Part shown: positions 22,600 through 32,591 of the stretch, piece by piece
How positions within the stretch are numbered: the first letter of the stretch is position 1
Layout: each line of letters starts with the position of its first letter
NCBI GenBank assembly: GCA_963749495.1
Contig: CAVVMW010000004.1
Location: forward strand, 480,001 to 544,000
Source: an uncultured bacterium
Lineage (GTDB): Bacteria > Verrucomicrobiota > Verrucomicrobiia > Limisphaerales > UBA8199
Length of the DNA: 64,000 nt
Reading direction: 5' to 3'
The notes under the pieces: model-generated
The model's input: the letters and a program-made list of their open reading frames with translations, nothing else
Told to the model about the DNA's origin: nothing
Database searches by the model: none
Position numbers and translations under genes: made by a program

Positions 22600-22756
22600 G
22601 AGCGCATCTCGTCAGTACCACCATGCGAGCCATGAGGTGAGGGCGAATGCCCATCCCCCAGGAATTCAACCCTCCGGGTTGCCCGGAGCCTCCGCCGGGG
22701 CTCGGCTCCGAGCCGCTGCTTCTGGCTGGAGGTGGTGGTACTGACGAGATGCGCCC
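22600..22756. mobile_element. 157-bp MITE-like element
   Basis: Perfect 22-bp terminal inverted repeats GCGCATCTCGTCAGTACCACCA (22602-22623, 22733-22754); no transposase ORF; abuts a truncated gene. Confidence 0.75.
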
Positions 22757-22947
22757 GCGGCGTAGGGATGGTGATAGGGCCAGTGCTGATGCACGTACAT
22801 TCCAACGAGCTTCTCGCGCGCCTCGCCTCCCTGCGCGGTGCTGCACACTGCCAGCATGAGCGCTGCCCCAAGCAGGCCGATCGCGCCAGTAGCCGGCATT
22901 CTCCAGCAACTCTCTGTATTGCGTGATTCTCTGCTGGTCGCTCGCAT
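22757..22947 (-). pseudogene. 5' stub of an exported protein cut by the MITE
   Basis: Signal peptide then GMYVHQHWPYHHPYAA, ending exactly at the MITE boundary. Confidence 0.6.
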
Positions 22948-23029
22948 TTGTCCGGGCTGGTTGAATGTGATGAACAGGGTCTCAAAAACGGCAGTTGCGG
23001 TCGAGGACAACCTTCCTCGCGGCTCTCAA

Positions 23030-24338
23030 TCACGGTGCAAAAGGGATTTCAAGGGGAATCCGCTGCTGCTGTCGCAGGCGGCTCGCCGCCTCCCCCACCA
23101 GCCGCAGATACCAGTCGGAAGGCAGCCCCTCCAAGCCGACGAAATGCCCCTGTGCCGGGGGCGAACTCGTCACCTTGAAAATGGCCGTGCCTTCGTCCAC
23201 CTCATCGAACATAGCGACATAGACGCAGTTGAACGCCCAGTTTGCTCAGTTGGTGAAACTGCTCCCAGAGAAAGCGGCCGCCCCGGCGCGGGATCAGGGT
23301 TGTGCCGGCGGGTTTGCGCTGCAGATTGTCCCAACTGAATCCGGGATAGACCACCGGCATCCAGAGCCCGCCGTTGCGCTCGAATTCTTCCTTGTCTTTC
23401 GCCCACCAACTCGTGGACGCGTGGGCCAGGCCTTTGGCGTCTCTCGTCCAGTTGCCCACGTTCCAGGGAGCGTAGGCATCGAATCGCCGGTAGAATCTCT
23501 GCCATTCCGGGTCGGGCACGCGCCGCCAATCCCAGCTCCCTCCGCCCACCAGGAAGGCCGAGTAAGGCCCAGGCGTCTTGAAGAAATCGATGAGCTTGTT
23601 CGCCAGGTCCGCGGTCATCCGATTCTGCGGATTGCTCCGGTAGAAACCCCAGATTTGCACGACCGGCTTGCCGTTCTGGCGCAGGTAGCGCGAATCCGCT
23701 GTCCATTGCTCATCAACCATTTTCTTCCAGTCGTTGATCAGCACATCGTAAATGCGCTCCGTGGGCATGGCTGCAATATCGTGTGAAAGGGCCCACACGC
23801 GCCCGGTCTTCCGGGCGGCGGCTCGGGCGTAGGCCAGCACACGCAGACGGGACGCATAGCGTTGGGGTTGCAGACCGCCCGGCAAGTCCACCAGGAAATG
23901 CTGCATCCACGCCCCGTCTATGCCGTAGTCGCGCATCCACTCGAAATGCCGTTGCACGGTGGCGGCATTGTCCGAGCTGAAAAGCTCGGCCGGACTCCCA
24001 TTTGGATGGGTAAAACCGGGCACGATAAAGCGCTCCTGGGGGCCGTACTCACTCATGTCGGGCCACATCTCGAAGCAGAGGGTTTCGGGTGCGATGCGCT
24101 TGGCGGTGTGGCTCCAATGAATCCAGCCCATGTCGGCGGCATCGCCCGGGCACCGAAACCAGCCCTGGTAACCGCACATGACCTTGCCGTGCAAGGTTGC
24201 CGCCTGCACCTCCCAAGGAACGCCCGCGGCCCTCAGGGACTGCCAGCAAGTCAGGCCACTGGCGGCCAGCAGCACCCGCAGGATCGCTCGAATGCCCGAC
24301 AGGTTCATAGATGCAGGTCCGGAGACTGGTATGTTCAT
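23030..24338 (-). CDS. Glycoside hydrolase GH71/GH99-like; frameshift near 23230
   Basis: GKVMCGYQGWF, MWPDMSEY, WMRDYGIDG, YPGFSWDN, MFDEVDEGTAIFK. Confidence 0.8.
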
Positions 24339-24723
24339 GCGCTTGAGTTGGCATTGACCCGCAATCTGGTCCCATGCGGGGGGCCACGGCACCGGTCGGA
24401 TTTGAGCTGTATCCAAGTTCCCCACCTTCGTCAATTGGTGTATAGGGACTCGCGCTGTATTTGGCACCGCGCTGTGCGGCAGGAAGCGGGGTGAGAAGTG
24501 TGCGGTTACAAAACCGCAGACCAATTACATTTCGGAGCAGTTGAAGGAAGGGTTCTCCTCGTTGCGGGAAGAAGCCCGCTCCATCCAGGGCCGCCACTCC
24601 GGGGAGATTGTCGAAAAATCACGCCAGGTGAACGTTTCCGAGCTCCTGCCCTTGGTCACGCAACAATGAGTGCAACGATGCAACCCCTGGAGCTTCGCCA
24701 GCCGCATAGCCACCGCTGATGTG

Positions 24724-25044
24724 TCAGCCAGCCAGACCGAGCCATCGCTTCATCATCGCCTCAATCACCCCAAGATGCGGTGGCGGAATCGCTCCCAGGC
24801 GCCGCAGAAACTTCGCGGCGGGAACGGCCAACATGCCCTGCACGTTGAACGCGCCTGTTTCCAGGAAACGAACGGAAAGTTGGACTTCGAACTGAGCGCC
24901 CCGTGGCTGGGTGGTGTGCGGAACGACCTGGACCAGTGCGTAATCGTGGTCGGCGTACGGGACGCTCACCACAAGCACCGGGCGCACTTTTGCCGCGAAG
25001 CCCAGATCGGCAAGCCAAACCTCGCCACGTTCAGGAGGGTCCAT
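24724..25044 (-). CDS. MazF/PemK family endoribonuclease toxin
   Basis: RGEVWLADLG...KVRPVLVVS...VVPHTT. Confidence 0.88.
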   Translation of the reverse strand: MDPPERGEVWLADLGFAAKVRPVLVVSVPYADHDYALVQVVPHTTQPRGAQFEVQLSVRFLETGAFNVQGMLAVPAAKFLRRLGAIPPPHLGVIEAMMKRWLGLAG

Positions 25045-25249
25045 GGCGCTTTTCTCCCTGGTCCATCAGCGCGAACGCTTCGGCCGCCACCGACGCCTGA
25101 TCTTCCTCGGTCCAGGCGCCGTAAGCGTCATCGTACAGAATGCCAACCTTTCGTGCGCGAAATTGCTCTCGCAGCGCGGCGTCCACCGCCCGCAGTTCCT
25201 CAGTTGTCAATCTGGGCAAGGCCGCCTCAATCTCGCTCACCGTGCTCAT
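25031..25249 (-). CDS. Putative antitoxin
   Basis: 72-aa ORF MSTVSEIEAALPRL... with acidic C-terminus, upstream of and overlapping the toxin start. Confidence 0.7.
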   Translation of the reverse strand: MSTVSEIEAALPRLTTEELRAVDAALREQFRARKVGILYDDAYGAWTEEDQASVAAEAFALMDQGEKRHGPS

Positions 25250-25366
25250 GGGGAAAGAATAATCTGCAAGGGGAGCTTCCACAAGATTGCTTTTCAACAA
25301 TCGTCCGGCAACTGTGACCTCCGCCCGCAGGGCGGGTCGCCGCTTTCTGTTCTTTTCACGGGGTTC

Positions 25367-25924
25367 TCAGTTCCGCGCCCCGATCGTGACTTTCCAAACC
25401 AGGTCGCTTACCCGCTCAAAGCGGATGGGCACGGGCAGGAAGCGCTGGATGATGGCCGCGTTGGTGGCGGAGTGAAGGGAGGGTTTGGTGGTGCGGACGC
25501 AGCCTCCGCCGGCCAGCGCCATCGGCAGCAACAGCTGGTCGGCCAGGTATTCGTCCACAGGGACTTCGGCCTTCAGCCAGGCCTCTGCGGCTTCAACCGC
25601 CTCGTTGGCGACGTCTTCGGCCCGACGGCCTCGCTCGGCGAAGCCCGTGAAAACGCCGGTCACTTGCTCGAGGGCGGTCACCGGTCCCGGGAGAAACGCC
25701 AGCGTTTGCGACTTCATCTCCGACCCCGCCACGTCCGCGCAGCCCACGATCTTGGCCGCCTCCGCCCCAGTCAAATGCTGGCGCAACAGGCGGGGCTTCT
25801 GGCGCTTGGCCCTGATATGCTCCATGCGAAATGGTCGGGCGGTCACCAGCCACAACGCCAAAGACGTGCGCAGGATCTGCCCGGCACCTTCGCCTTCTGA
25901 ACCATCGATGCAGATCATTTCCAT
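25367..25924 (-). pseudogene. rtcA: RNA 3'-terminal phosphate cyclase, in-frame internal deletion
   Basis: IDGSEGEGAGQILRTSL...IRAKRQKP.LLRQHL joined after PGPVT to VDEYLADQLLLPMALA...SLHSATN. 185 aa versus ~340 aa for the family. Confidence 0.85.
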
Positions 25925-26051
25925 GGAGCGTCACTGTCGAGCCTCTCCCGCGAGATTCGGACGATCCAAACGGAGCCCTCCTTCATCGCTGGTTCCAGTT
26001 CACTGTGCAAGTCGAAGGCCAGGACAGGAGGCCGCAACTACTTCAGCTTGA

Positions 26052-27734
26052 CCTGAATTCCACGCCAAAAGTATACACTACATTAGTCATCTTGCTTTAG
26101 AAGTCTGGGGTTGATGGCCTTGAGAATGGCCTCCTGGCGTCTGCTGAGTGTGACCACGCGCGAGAGCTTGAACAGATGCTTTGAATCGCGCAGGTAGACT
26201 TTGTACATGGTCGCCAGCTCCAGCAAAGCACTTTCGGCAGTGAAATCCGTGGTGCGCAGGCGGTATTGGAGTAAAGACAACAGCAAGTAGGCGAGATAGC
26301 AGACAAAAACGTGAGCGTGGACTCGCTCGGCCAGCCAGTGGCGAATCGGACGTAACTGAGTGATGCCTTTGAGACTGCGGAACGCCTTTTCGACGATGTC
26401 TTTGTCGAAATAGAGCGAGAGCATTTTGTCTTGGGGCAATGAGCGAGTGCAAAAGATGCAGGAATACCCATCGAACTCCTCGACCGCAGCCAGTTTGCCT
26501 GAGAGCAGACGGCCTCGGCCATCAAAAAGGCGATCCAGTCCGGGCTTGATAGACTTGTTTTGGGCGAGAAGCTTTTGGGCGTACAGAATCTCATCGCGGC
26601 GCGACTCACGCGCATCTCGCTGCAAGCGTTCGTTAAAGCAAAGGGCCAACTGGCCGCGCACCCCGTCCAGTTGATAGGGGCGAAGGCAGGTATAGAAGAC
26701 GGTCTGACCGACCCGGTGGCGATAAGGCAATTGCATGAGTTGCTGGGGATTGGCCCACGGGCGCCAGAACTTCTTCAACGCGAGATTGAGGGGCACCCCG
26801 CACAGGGTATCCCAGTGCAAACGCTTGATATCGTTGAGGTTTCGACCGGAAACGATCCCTCGGTCGTAGATGAACAGCCCGGGGTCAAGCTGGTAACGAG
26901 CGAACAGGGTGACCAAGCCCTGCAAGGTGCGAGCGTCATGCACATTGCCGTCAAAAACCCGGTGGAAGAGGGGCAAACCTTCTTCCTGCGTCACCCCTAA
27001 ACCAATTTGAATCAGGGGCCGGCCTTTGACCTCTTCCTTGTCCTTGCCGGGCTTGGCCAGGGGACAGTGGCGGCCATAGAGATAGGTGTTGGTGACATCA
27101 TAGATCACCCCGGCCGGGCGGAGTCGGCACTGGCGGCAAACGCCCTCAAAGAGGCGCTTCTGCCACGCTTCGGCGTCCAAAGCTTCCAAACTGTCCAAGG
27201 CACCGACCAAGCGCCGCTCGGTCAACCCCTCGAGGTTCAAGAGGAAGTTCAGGTCAGTGCGCTCGAACCAAGTGGGCATGTGGTTAAGGCTCCGGTAGTC
27301 CAGGCAGTGGGCGTACACCAGGCTGAGGATTTCCCGGCCATAGGCTCCCAAGAGGTTGGGCAATTGGATTTCGGTGGCCAACTGGTGCAGCACCAAGAGT
27401 GGACCGTAAAGTTTGACCTGTTCGACCTCGACGTCCGACATGGAGGCAGAGAGGACGGTGCGACCATCGCTTTGCTTGCCGACATAGCGGATGAAACGCT
27501 GCACGACCTTGTTTCCGACCCGGCAGCTTTCCACCTCGGCGAGGTAGGTTTTGTCGCCCTTTTTGATCTTGCGTATAAAGCTCATGTAGTGAATAATATA
27601 ACCACTACGGATGAGTAGCGCAAGCATTTTCTGAAAAAAAGAAAAACGCTTGGGAACCCTGTAAAATCAGCGTAAATTGAGGGTGGAGAGTCCCTCAACA
27701 ATTTGTAGTGTATATTTTACGCGTGGAGGTTAGG
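26052..27734 (-). mobile_element. IS1634-family insertion sequence (1683 bp)
   Basis: Imperfect terminal IRs CCTGAATTCCACGCCAAAAGTATACACTACA versus reverse-complemented right end CCTAACCTCCACGCGTAAAATATACACTACA; single transposase; no clean target duplication. Confidence 0.85.
26083..27585 (-). CDS. IS1634 family DDE transposase
   Basis: MSFIRKIKKG..YLAEVES; IYDVTNTY; FDGNVHD; IYDRG; IVEKAFRSLK..LRPIRH..RVHAHVFVCYLAY. Confidence 0.9.
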   Translation of the reverse strand: MSFIRKIKKGDKTYLAEVESCRVGNKVVQRFIRYVGKQSDGRTVLSASMSDVEVEQVKLYGPLLVLHQLATEIQLPNLLGAYGREILSLVYAHCLDYRSLNHMPTWFERTDLNFLLNLEGLTERRLVGALDSLEALDAEAWQKRLFEGVCRQCRLRPAGVIYDVTNTYLYGRHCPLAKPGKDKEEVKGRPLIQIGLGVTQEEGLPLFHRVFDGNVHDARTLQGLVTLFARYQLDPGLFIYDRGIVSGRNLNDIKRLHWDTLCGVPLNLALKKFWRPWANPQQLMQLPYRHRVGQTVFYTCLRPYQLDGVRGQLALCFNERLQRDARESRRDEILYAQKLLAQNKSIKPGLDRLFDGRGRLLSGKLAAVEEFDGYSCIFCTRSLPQDKMLSLYFDKDIVEKAFRSLKGITQLRPIRHWLAERVHAHVFVCYLAYLLLSLLQYRLRTTDFTAESALLELATMYKVYLRDSKHLFKLSRVVTLSRRQEAILKAINPRLLKQDD

Positions 27735-28165
27735 TTCTGAGGGTGGATTCAGATGACCCTTTCACAGTCCGAATGGAACAGACACCACCAATCGAAGGTG
27801 GAGAGTATCGGTTCAAGTCCGGTTGGAAGTCCCTTCTGGGAAGAATCTGAACCACCTCAGAGTTGCACCCCGTCAAGAACACCCACGGGAGCGAACGCAC
27901 TTCTTCCGTAGCCTTGCCGGAAGTCGAAGACGAGGAGAAACAGGAGTCGCCCTCCTTCACGGCACTTATTAAGGTCAAGAAGCGGAGGAGGTTGAGCCCG
28001 GTTCCGCGCGGCGTGCTCCGACGTGGCGCCACGCGAAGGCGGAGTTGAACCGCCGCAGCCAGGCCTGTGAGGTCCTCGCCGGCACCGGTATTCGCGTCGC
28101 CTGAAATGGCCTGCCAAGCCGAAGCCTTGGCGAAGGCTGGTCAGAGCCACGGGTGCCGCCTCCGT

Positions 28166-28357
28166 TTAATCCTGCTCCCGAAGCAGGCGCCTCACTGTTA
28201 GACTACGCTCTGAAAACTCCCCAGCGCACTGAACGAAGTATCCGGCCAGGTGGCCGTGCGCCAGCACCTTCGACCGTGCGAGGTCCGCTTCCAGCAAGTA
28301 CCAGCGAAACTGCCGTTCCAGATCAGTGTCGAAGCGCTGTGATCGCTGAACGGTCAT
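28166..28357 (-). pseudogene. ParE/RelE family toxin, shortened
   Basis: MTVQRSQRFDTDLERQFRWY N-terminus and LTVRRLL C-terminal strand in only 63 aa; ATGA overlap with the antitoxin. Confidence 0.55.
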
Positions 28358-28611
28358 CCCCGTGATCGCTGTCGAAAGCGATCCAACAGCTTGCGAACAT
28401 CACCCTTGCGGTGTGGGGTATGACGGCTATTTACTCCTTCGCGTATCAAAGCGGCCAGTTCCGGGGTGTCTTCATCCAGGTTCAAGCTCGGGGGTTGGCA
28501 GAATGCCCGCCGCAGGGCGTCACGCACAACCTCGCTGGCGTTATTGTAAAGCCCGCTTTTCACCTTTTCTTCGATGACCGTCTCCAGTTCATGCGTGAGC
28601 GGAACATTCAT
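28354..28611 (-). CDS. ParD-type ribbon-helix-helix antitoxin
   Basis: MNVPLTHELE..IEEKVKSGLYNNASEVVRDALR...IREGVNS. Confidence 0.85.
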   Translation of the reverse strand: MNVPLTHELETVIEEKVKSGLYNNASEVVRDALRRAFCQPPSLNLDEDTPELAALIREGVNSRHTPHRKGDVRKLLDRFRQRSRG

Positions 28612-28800
28612 GTATTCAGGATAACCGGATAGCGAAGAATAGCAAGGCTTGTTACACCGAATCGCGCTGGGGGGAAGCGGAAAACGGACGCAAACGCAAA
28701 TACTATTCTCTCAAGCAGGCCGGAAGGAATGCCTTGAAGGAGCAGCGCGATCAGTGGGCCACCGTCTCGGGCGTGTTCAGGCAATTGTGGAAGGAGAAGT

Positions 28801-29050
28801 ATGTTTGACCTCGAACGGGCGATTCATGGCGACTGTCAAGATCGCGGGCCTTCCCCTGGCTCTCGTGCCGGTTTGGGCGCTGCTCACCGCCCTAGTGATC
28901 ATCCGGTTCGAAGCCGGGATCCTCCCGAGCATGGTTATCTGGCTGCTCTACGCCGCCGTGGCTATCAGCCTTTTGGGCCAGCGCATTGGCTTGCGCCGGG
29001 CGTCCTCGGCATTCGTGGCCGGGTTCTGGAGCACGCCATTAGCATGGTGC
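28801..29050 (+). pseudogene. Degenerate membrane protein fragment
   Basis: RBS GAAGGAG then MFDLERAI, followed by out-of-frame TM segments. Confidence 0.35.
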
Positions 29051-29054
29051 GCTG

Positions 29055-29531
29055 CTACTCGGCGGTCCGGTCGCCTTCAAGGGCCAGCCAGGGCATAAGC
29101 GCCTCGGGGCGGGTGTTGAAATCCATGTTCTGCACCACCCAATCTCCTTGAGAGCGATAGAGCAGGAATCTCCCGTAAACCGCACCGCGCTCGAAATTGA
29201 CTACGAGATAGAGCACTCGCGCCGACCGCCCGATCGGCTTGGTTTGCAGCACTTCGTGCGATTGGTAATTGCCGGCGTACTGGCTGACGCGCCTCAAGTA
29301 GCTGGCCAGGCTGGACACCTTGTTGTCGCCTTCCAGCAGGCCCCCCTTCTGCCACACATTGAGGACGCTATCCATCCCTCCTCCTTTGGGCAACAAAGCG
29401 AACCCGGACTCGATGGCGGGCGGAACTGGCGAGTAGGCGTCTGCCGCACGCCCCTTGAGTAACAGCAACCAACAACCGCATCCGACGCCAAGGGCCAGGA
29501 GGAATCGAACTATTACCTTGATGATGTTCAT
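29055..29531 (-). CDS. Exported hypothetical protein (158 aa)
   Basis: MNIIKVIVRFLLALGVGC signal-like N-terminus; compact domain ending YGRFLLYRSQGDWVVQNMDFNT. Confidence 0.75.
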   Translation of the reverse strand: MNIIKVIVRFLLALGVGCGCWLLLLKGRAADAYSPVPPAIESGFALLPKGGGMDSVLNVWQKGGLLEGDNKVSSLASYLRRVSQYAGNYQSHEVLQTKPIGRSARVLYLVVNFERGAVYGRFLLYRSQGDWVVQNMDFNTRPEALMPWLALEGDRTAE

Positions 29532-29619
29532 GCCATCTTTCTTTCTTGCCGAATGTGCAAGTGCACTCGCTTTCATAGTGAGGATTATTGGCCGCAGTTT
29601 GGCCGCCGGTGCAGTTGGT

Positions 29620-30869
29620 GTCAAGGCAAACCAAAGAATGGCCGGTGAACTGGGCGCACACGGATACCGCTCCCGGAGCGCCGGCCTGTCAGCCGGCTTT
29701 GCGCGGAACTGGATGCCGCTCGCGCCCTATTCAACCGTTTTGCGCGCCGGCGGCAGACCTCTATCAAACTGAGGAAAACGCCTGGGAAGTGCCCTGTCTG
29801 GTCCTGGGCGAATTGATGTTTCCCTCTCATGGACACCTGGCGGATGTTGCAGACGATCCTTCTGCCGTGGGGCGAGGCCGCTTACCCTCAAGGAATGGAC
29901 TGGGAATTACACGGCCTGTCTTTCCTTAACCTTTTTGCCAGCCTCGGCACGCATGAGAAGGACCGGTTTGCCGCCCGCATGGAGGAGAAGAGTCTGCAAT
30001 ATATCCGCGCCTGGCAAATGATGCGCCAAGGGGACCTGGCCGTTCCTGGCTCCCGACTCGGCATCACGCGCCACTCGATCTGCGCCGAGCAGGCCGCCTA
30101 CGGCTTCCTGGCGCACAAGGTGTTCGGTCCCGCGGCCAAAGAATCGACGGCCCGTGCCGCCGCAGCCCAGGACCAGGGCGTGTGGGAGTATCGCTACTTG
30201 GACTTTATCGCCCATCGCACTGGGAAGAAGTTTGCGTCGTTTTCCTGGAAGAACAGAATTATGGGCCTGCTCATGCCGATCGGAGAAGGGCACGAGGGCA
30301 GTCCGGAGTTCACGGTTCCGATAACGAACGGATTCGTCGGCTCCTTTGAACTGAGTCCCCCTGGCAACACCGAAATGAAGGTCCTCCAACATGCCTGGAA
30401 GAAAACGCCGGATGGATTCGAAACCACCGGGACATTGCTGCTCGATGGCGGACGCTTGAAACAGACGCTGAAGATGACCTCCATCGGCGGCCAAACCGTG
30501 GTTTATGACGACCGTGTCACGGCGCTTTCGGATGTCACGGTGCGGGCGGAGAGGGGAGTGCCGGTTGGCATCGAAAACGACCAGATTACCGGAGGCACGC
30601 GGGTAGTATCCGGCCGGGAAGGCCAAACAATTTTTGACTGGCAAAAACCCCGCCAGCCCATGGACCTTCCGGGATCGTGGGCCAATGTGGACGGCAGATT
30701 GGGCATGGTCATGGTGGCGGGAGCGGGCCTGGGTTACGCGCAGGCCTCGGGGTATTCGCGAGGGATCTCCGTCTGTGCGGATTTGCTTTATGGCTCTTAT
30801 TCCGATCATCCCAAACAGTTCAAGGCGGGCGAGGAAGTGGCGCGTCGCGTCGCTGTCCTCTTTGCATAA
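29620..30869 (+). pseudogene. C-terminal remnant of a large carbohydrate-active (lyase-like) protein
   Basis: Good coding signal in 29829-30869 (YPQGMDWELHG, FASFSWKN, SWANVDGRLG) but no proper start; upstream pieces in another frame; abrupt end. Confidence 0.5.
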
Positions 30870-31494
30870 TAAATCATGGCATCGCCGCCCTCGTAACCCC
30901 CTTCCTGGAGCACGCGCAACGATGGGATGTAGGCGAACACGTCGTTGCAGTAAGCGGCCACCCAGAGCTTCTCCGCGCCGAATTCCTTCTTGAGCCGCAG
31001 CGAATAGTCGACCACCGCCTCGCCGCCCGGGGCAACGAACGTCAAGTCCTGGCCGAATTGCCAGACCTGGATTGGGCAAGGGTATTCGGTCGGCAAGCCC
31101 TCGCCATGAAATTGATAGGTGTTGGCGATTCGAGAGCCAGCGCCTTGGCCTAGAGTTCCTGCAACGTTCCCTGCGAAACGTTGGTGCGCGCGCCGAAGCC
31201 GGTCAGCCAAAGCGGGCGGTTAGGCGTGATTGGAATCTTCGCCACGCCGGCCTTCCAGAACGGGTTGGCAACCGCAGTCGGCCCGCCGCTGCGCTGCGTT
31301 CCCTCGCGCTCAGCGGAACTGCGCTCATAGAAGCGCACGTAGTCCGCCACCAGTCTCGTCTGGCTGGTCCATTTGTTGGTGTCCAGCTTGGCGCCGTCGA
31401 ACTCGTCCGACCAGGCCAGTTGATAGCCGGGCGGTGGTGCAGCGGCCAGGTTGAGGGCGGCGACGGCGCAAATCGTCGCAACCGTTCCAAGCAT
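30866..31494 (-). pseudogene. Collapsed GH16 + neutral-ceramidase-like gene(s)
   Basis: WSDEFDGAKLDTNKW directly joined to ADYVRFY (GH16 termini); WKAGVAKIPITP..LTGFGART, an in-frame TAG, then GGEAVVDY...AYCNDVFAYIPS..EGGYEG (ceramidase-like termini). Confidence 0.7.
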
Positions 31495-31656
31495 TGAACT
31501 AAAGCTCCCGTGCGTGCCCGGATGCGTATCCACGATGCAGTGTTCATACCTCGATTGATAGTTGCTGTCGAGCTTATTGTGGCGGATGGGAATCAGCCAG
31601 GTTACAATCCGGCCACTTGCGACGCAGCTTATTGTCCGCCGCAACCCGAGAATTCG

Positions 31657-32577
31657 ATGAACGGTCGTTTGTTTGCCAAGTCCATGTTCGTGCTGCGGTG
31701 CGTTGCCGCTGTGGCCGCGACGGTAGTGAACAGCGGCAGCGCGGAGGAAACACAAGGAGCTTTACCGCGCCGGACTGCTCCCGCTTCCTGGCAGGTGCTG
31801 GGGCCTGGCGGTGGCGGGGGCATATTCAGGCCCACGATCAGCCCGCACGACCCGAACCTCCTGCTTGCCCACTGCGACATGACAGGGGCATACATCAGCG
31901 AGAATGGCGGGGATAGTTGGCGCATGTTTTTCACCGGGAACGTCCCCACGGCTTTCGCGTTCGACCCCAGCGACGCGAACGTGATTTACACCGCCACCCG
32001 CGGTTTCCTTTGGAGCGAGGATCGCGGGTCCGGGACGAGCCTGCTCCTGCGTTCCTCCGACCGCGGGAAGACTTGGAAGATCGTTTGGTTCTTCATCACC
32101 TACACCGATGTCGGGCTGTTCCACACTTTCGACCACGGCAAGAGCTGGTTCCACTCGGTCACCGGCGTGCCGCCCCGCTGGGTCAACACCTGCTACTGGC
32201 TGGCTTTCGACCCGGCGCGCAAGGGCCGCGCCTGGGCGGTCTGGGCCAATGCGCACGACTTGCCGCGCGACAAGATGTTCGGGAGTGACGGGCATTTTAG
32301 GATACGAGTCAACGCCGCCGCCGTGAGCCCGACGAACCCCAACGTCATCTTTATCAGCACCTTTCAGAACGCCGCGTTCCGCAGCGACAATCGAGGCGAG
32401 ACGTGGAAGCGCCTCGAAGGCTATCGGTTCAAGTGGGGCCAGCGCCCGAATCTCAACCCGCGCGAACCAGGGGCGATCTACCTGAGCACCTTCGGCGGGA
32501 GTGTGTTCTACGGCCCGGCTGAGGGCGTGCCCGGCGCCGTCGAAGACATCGTGAACATGCCATCCGCCTGGTGGTGA
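31657..32577 (+). pseudogene. BNR/Asp-box propeller protein (GH74/sialidase-like), probably internally deleted
   Basis: Signal peptide; GPGGGG..PTISPHDPN..CDMTG; Asp-boxes SENGGDSW, SSDRGKTW, TFDHGKSW, SDNRGETW; abrupt junctions near TWKIV|WFFITYTD and SDGH|FRIRVN. Confidence 0.6.
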
Positions 32578-32591
32578 GGAGGCCAATCGGT

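Noticed and set aside
27735..28150. Gene interrupted by the IS or an RNA gene
   Set aside because: No recognisable motif, no frame continuing across the IS, and no tRNA-like fold; only short hairpins.
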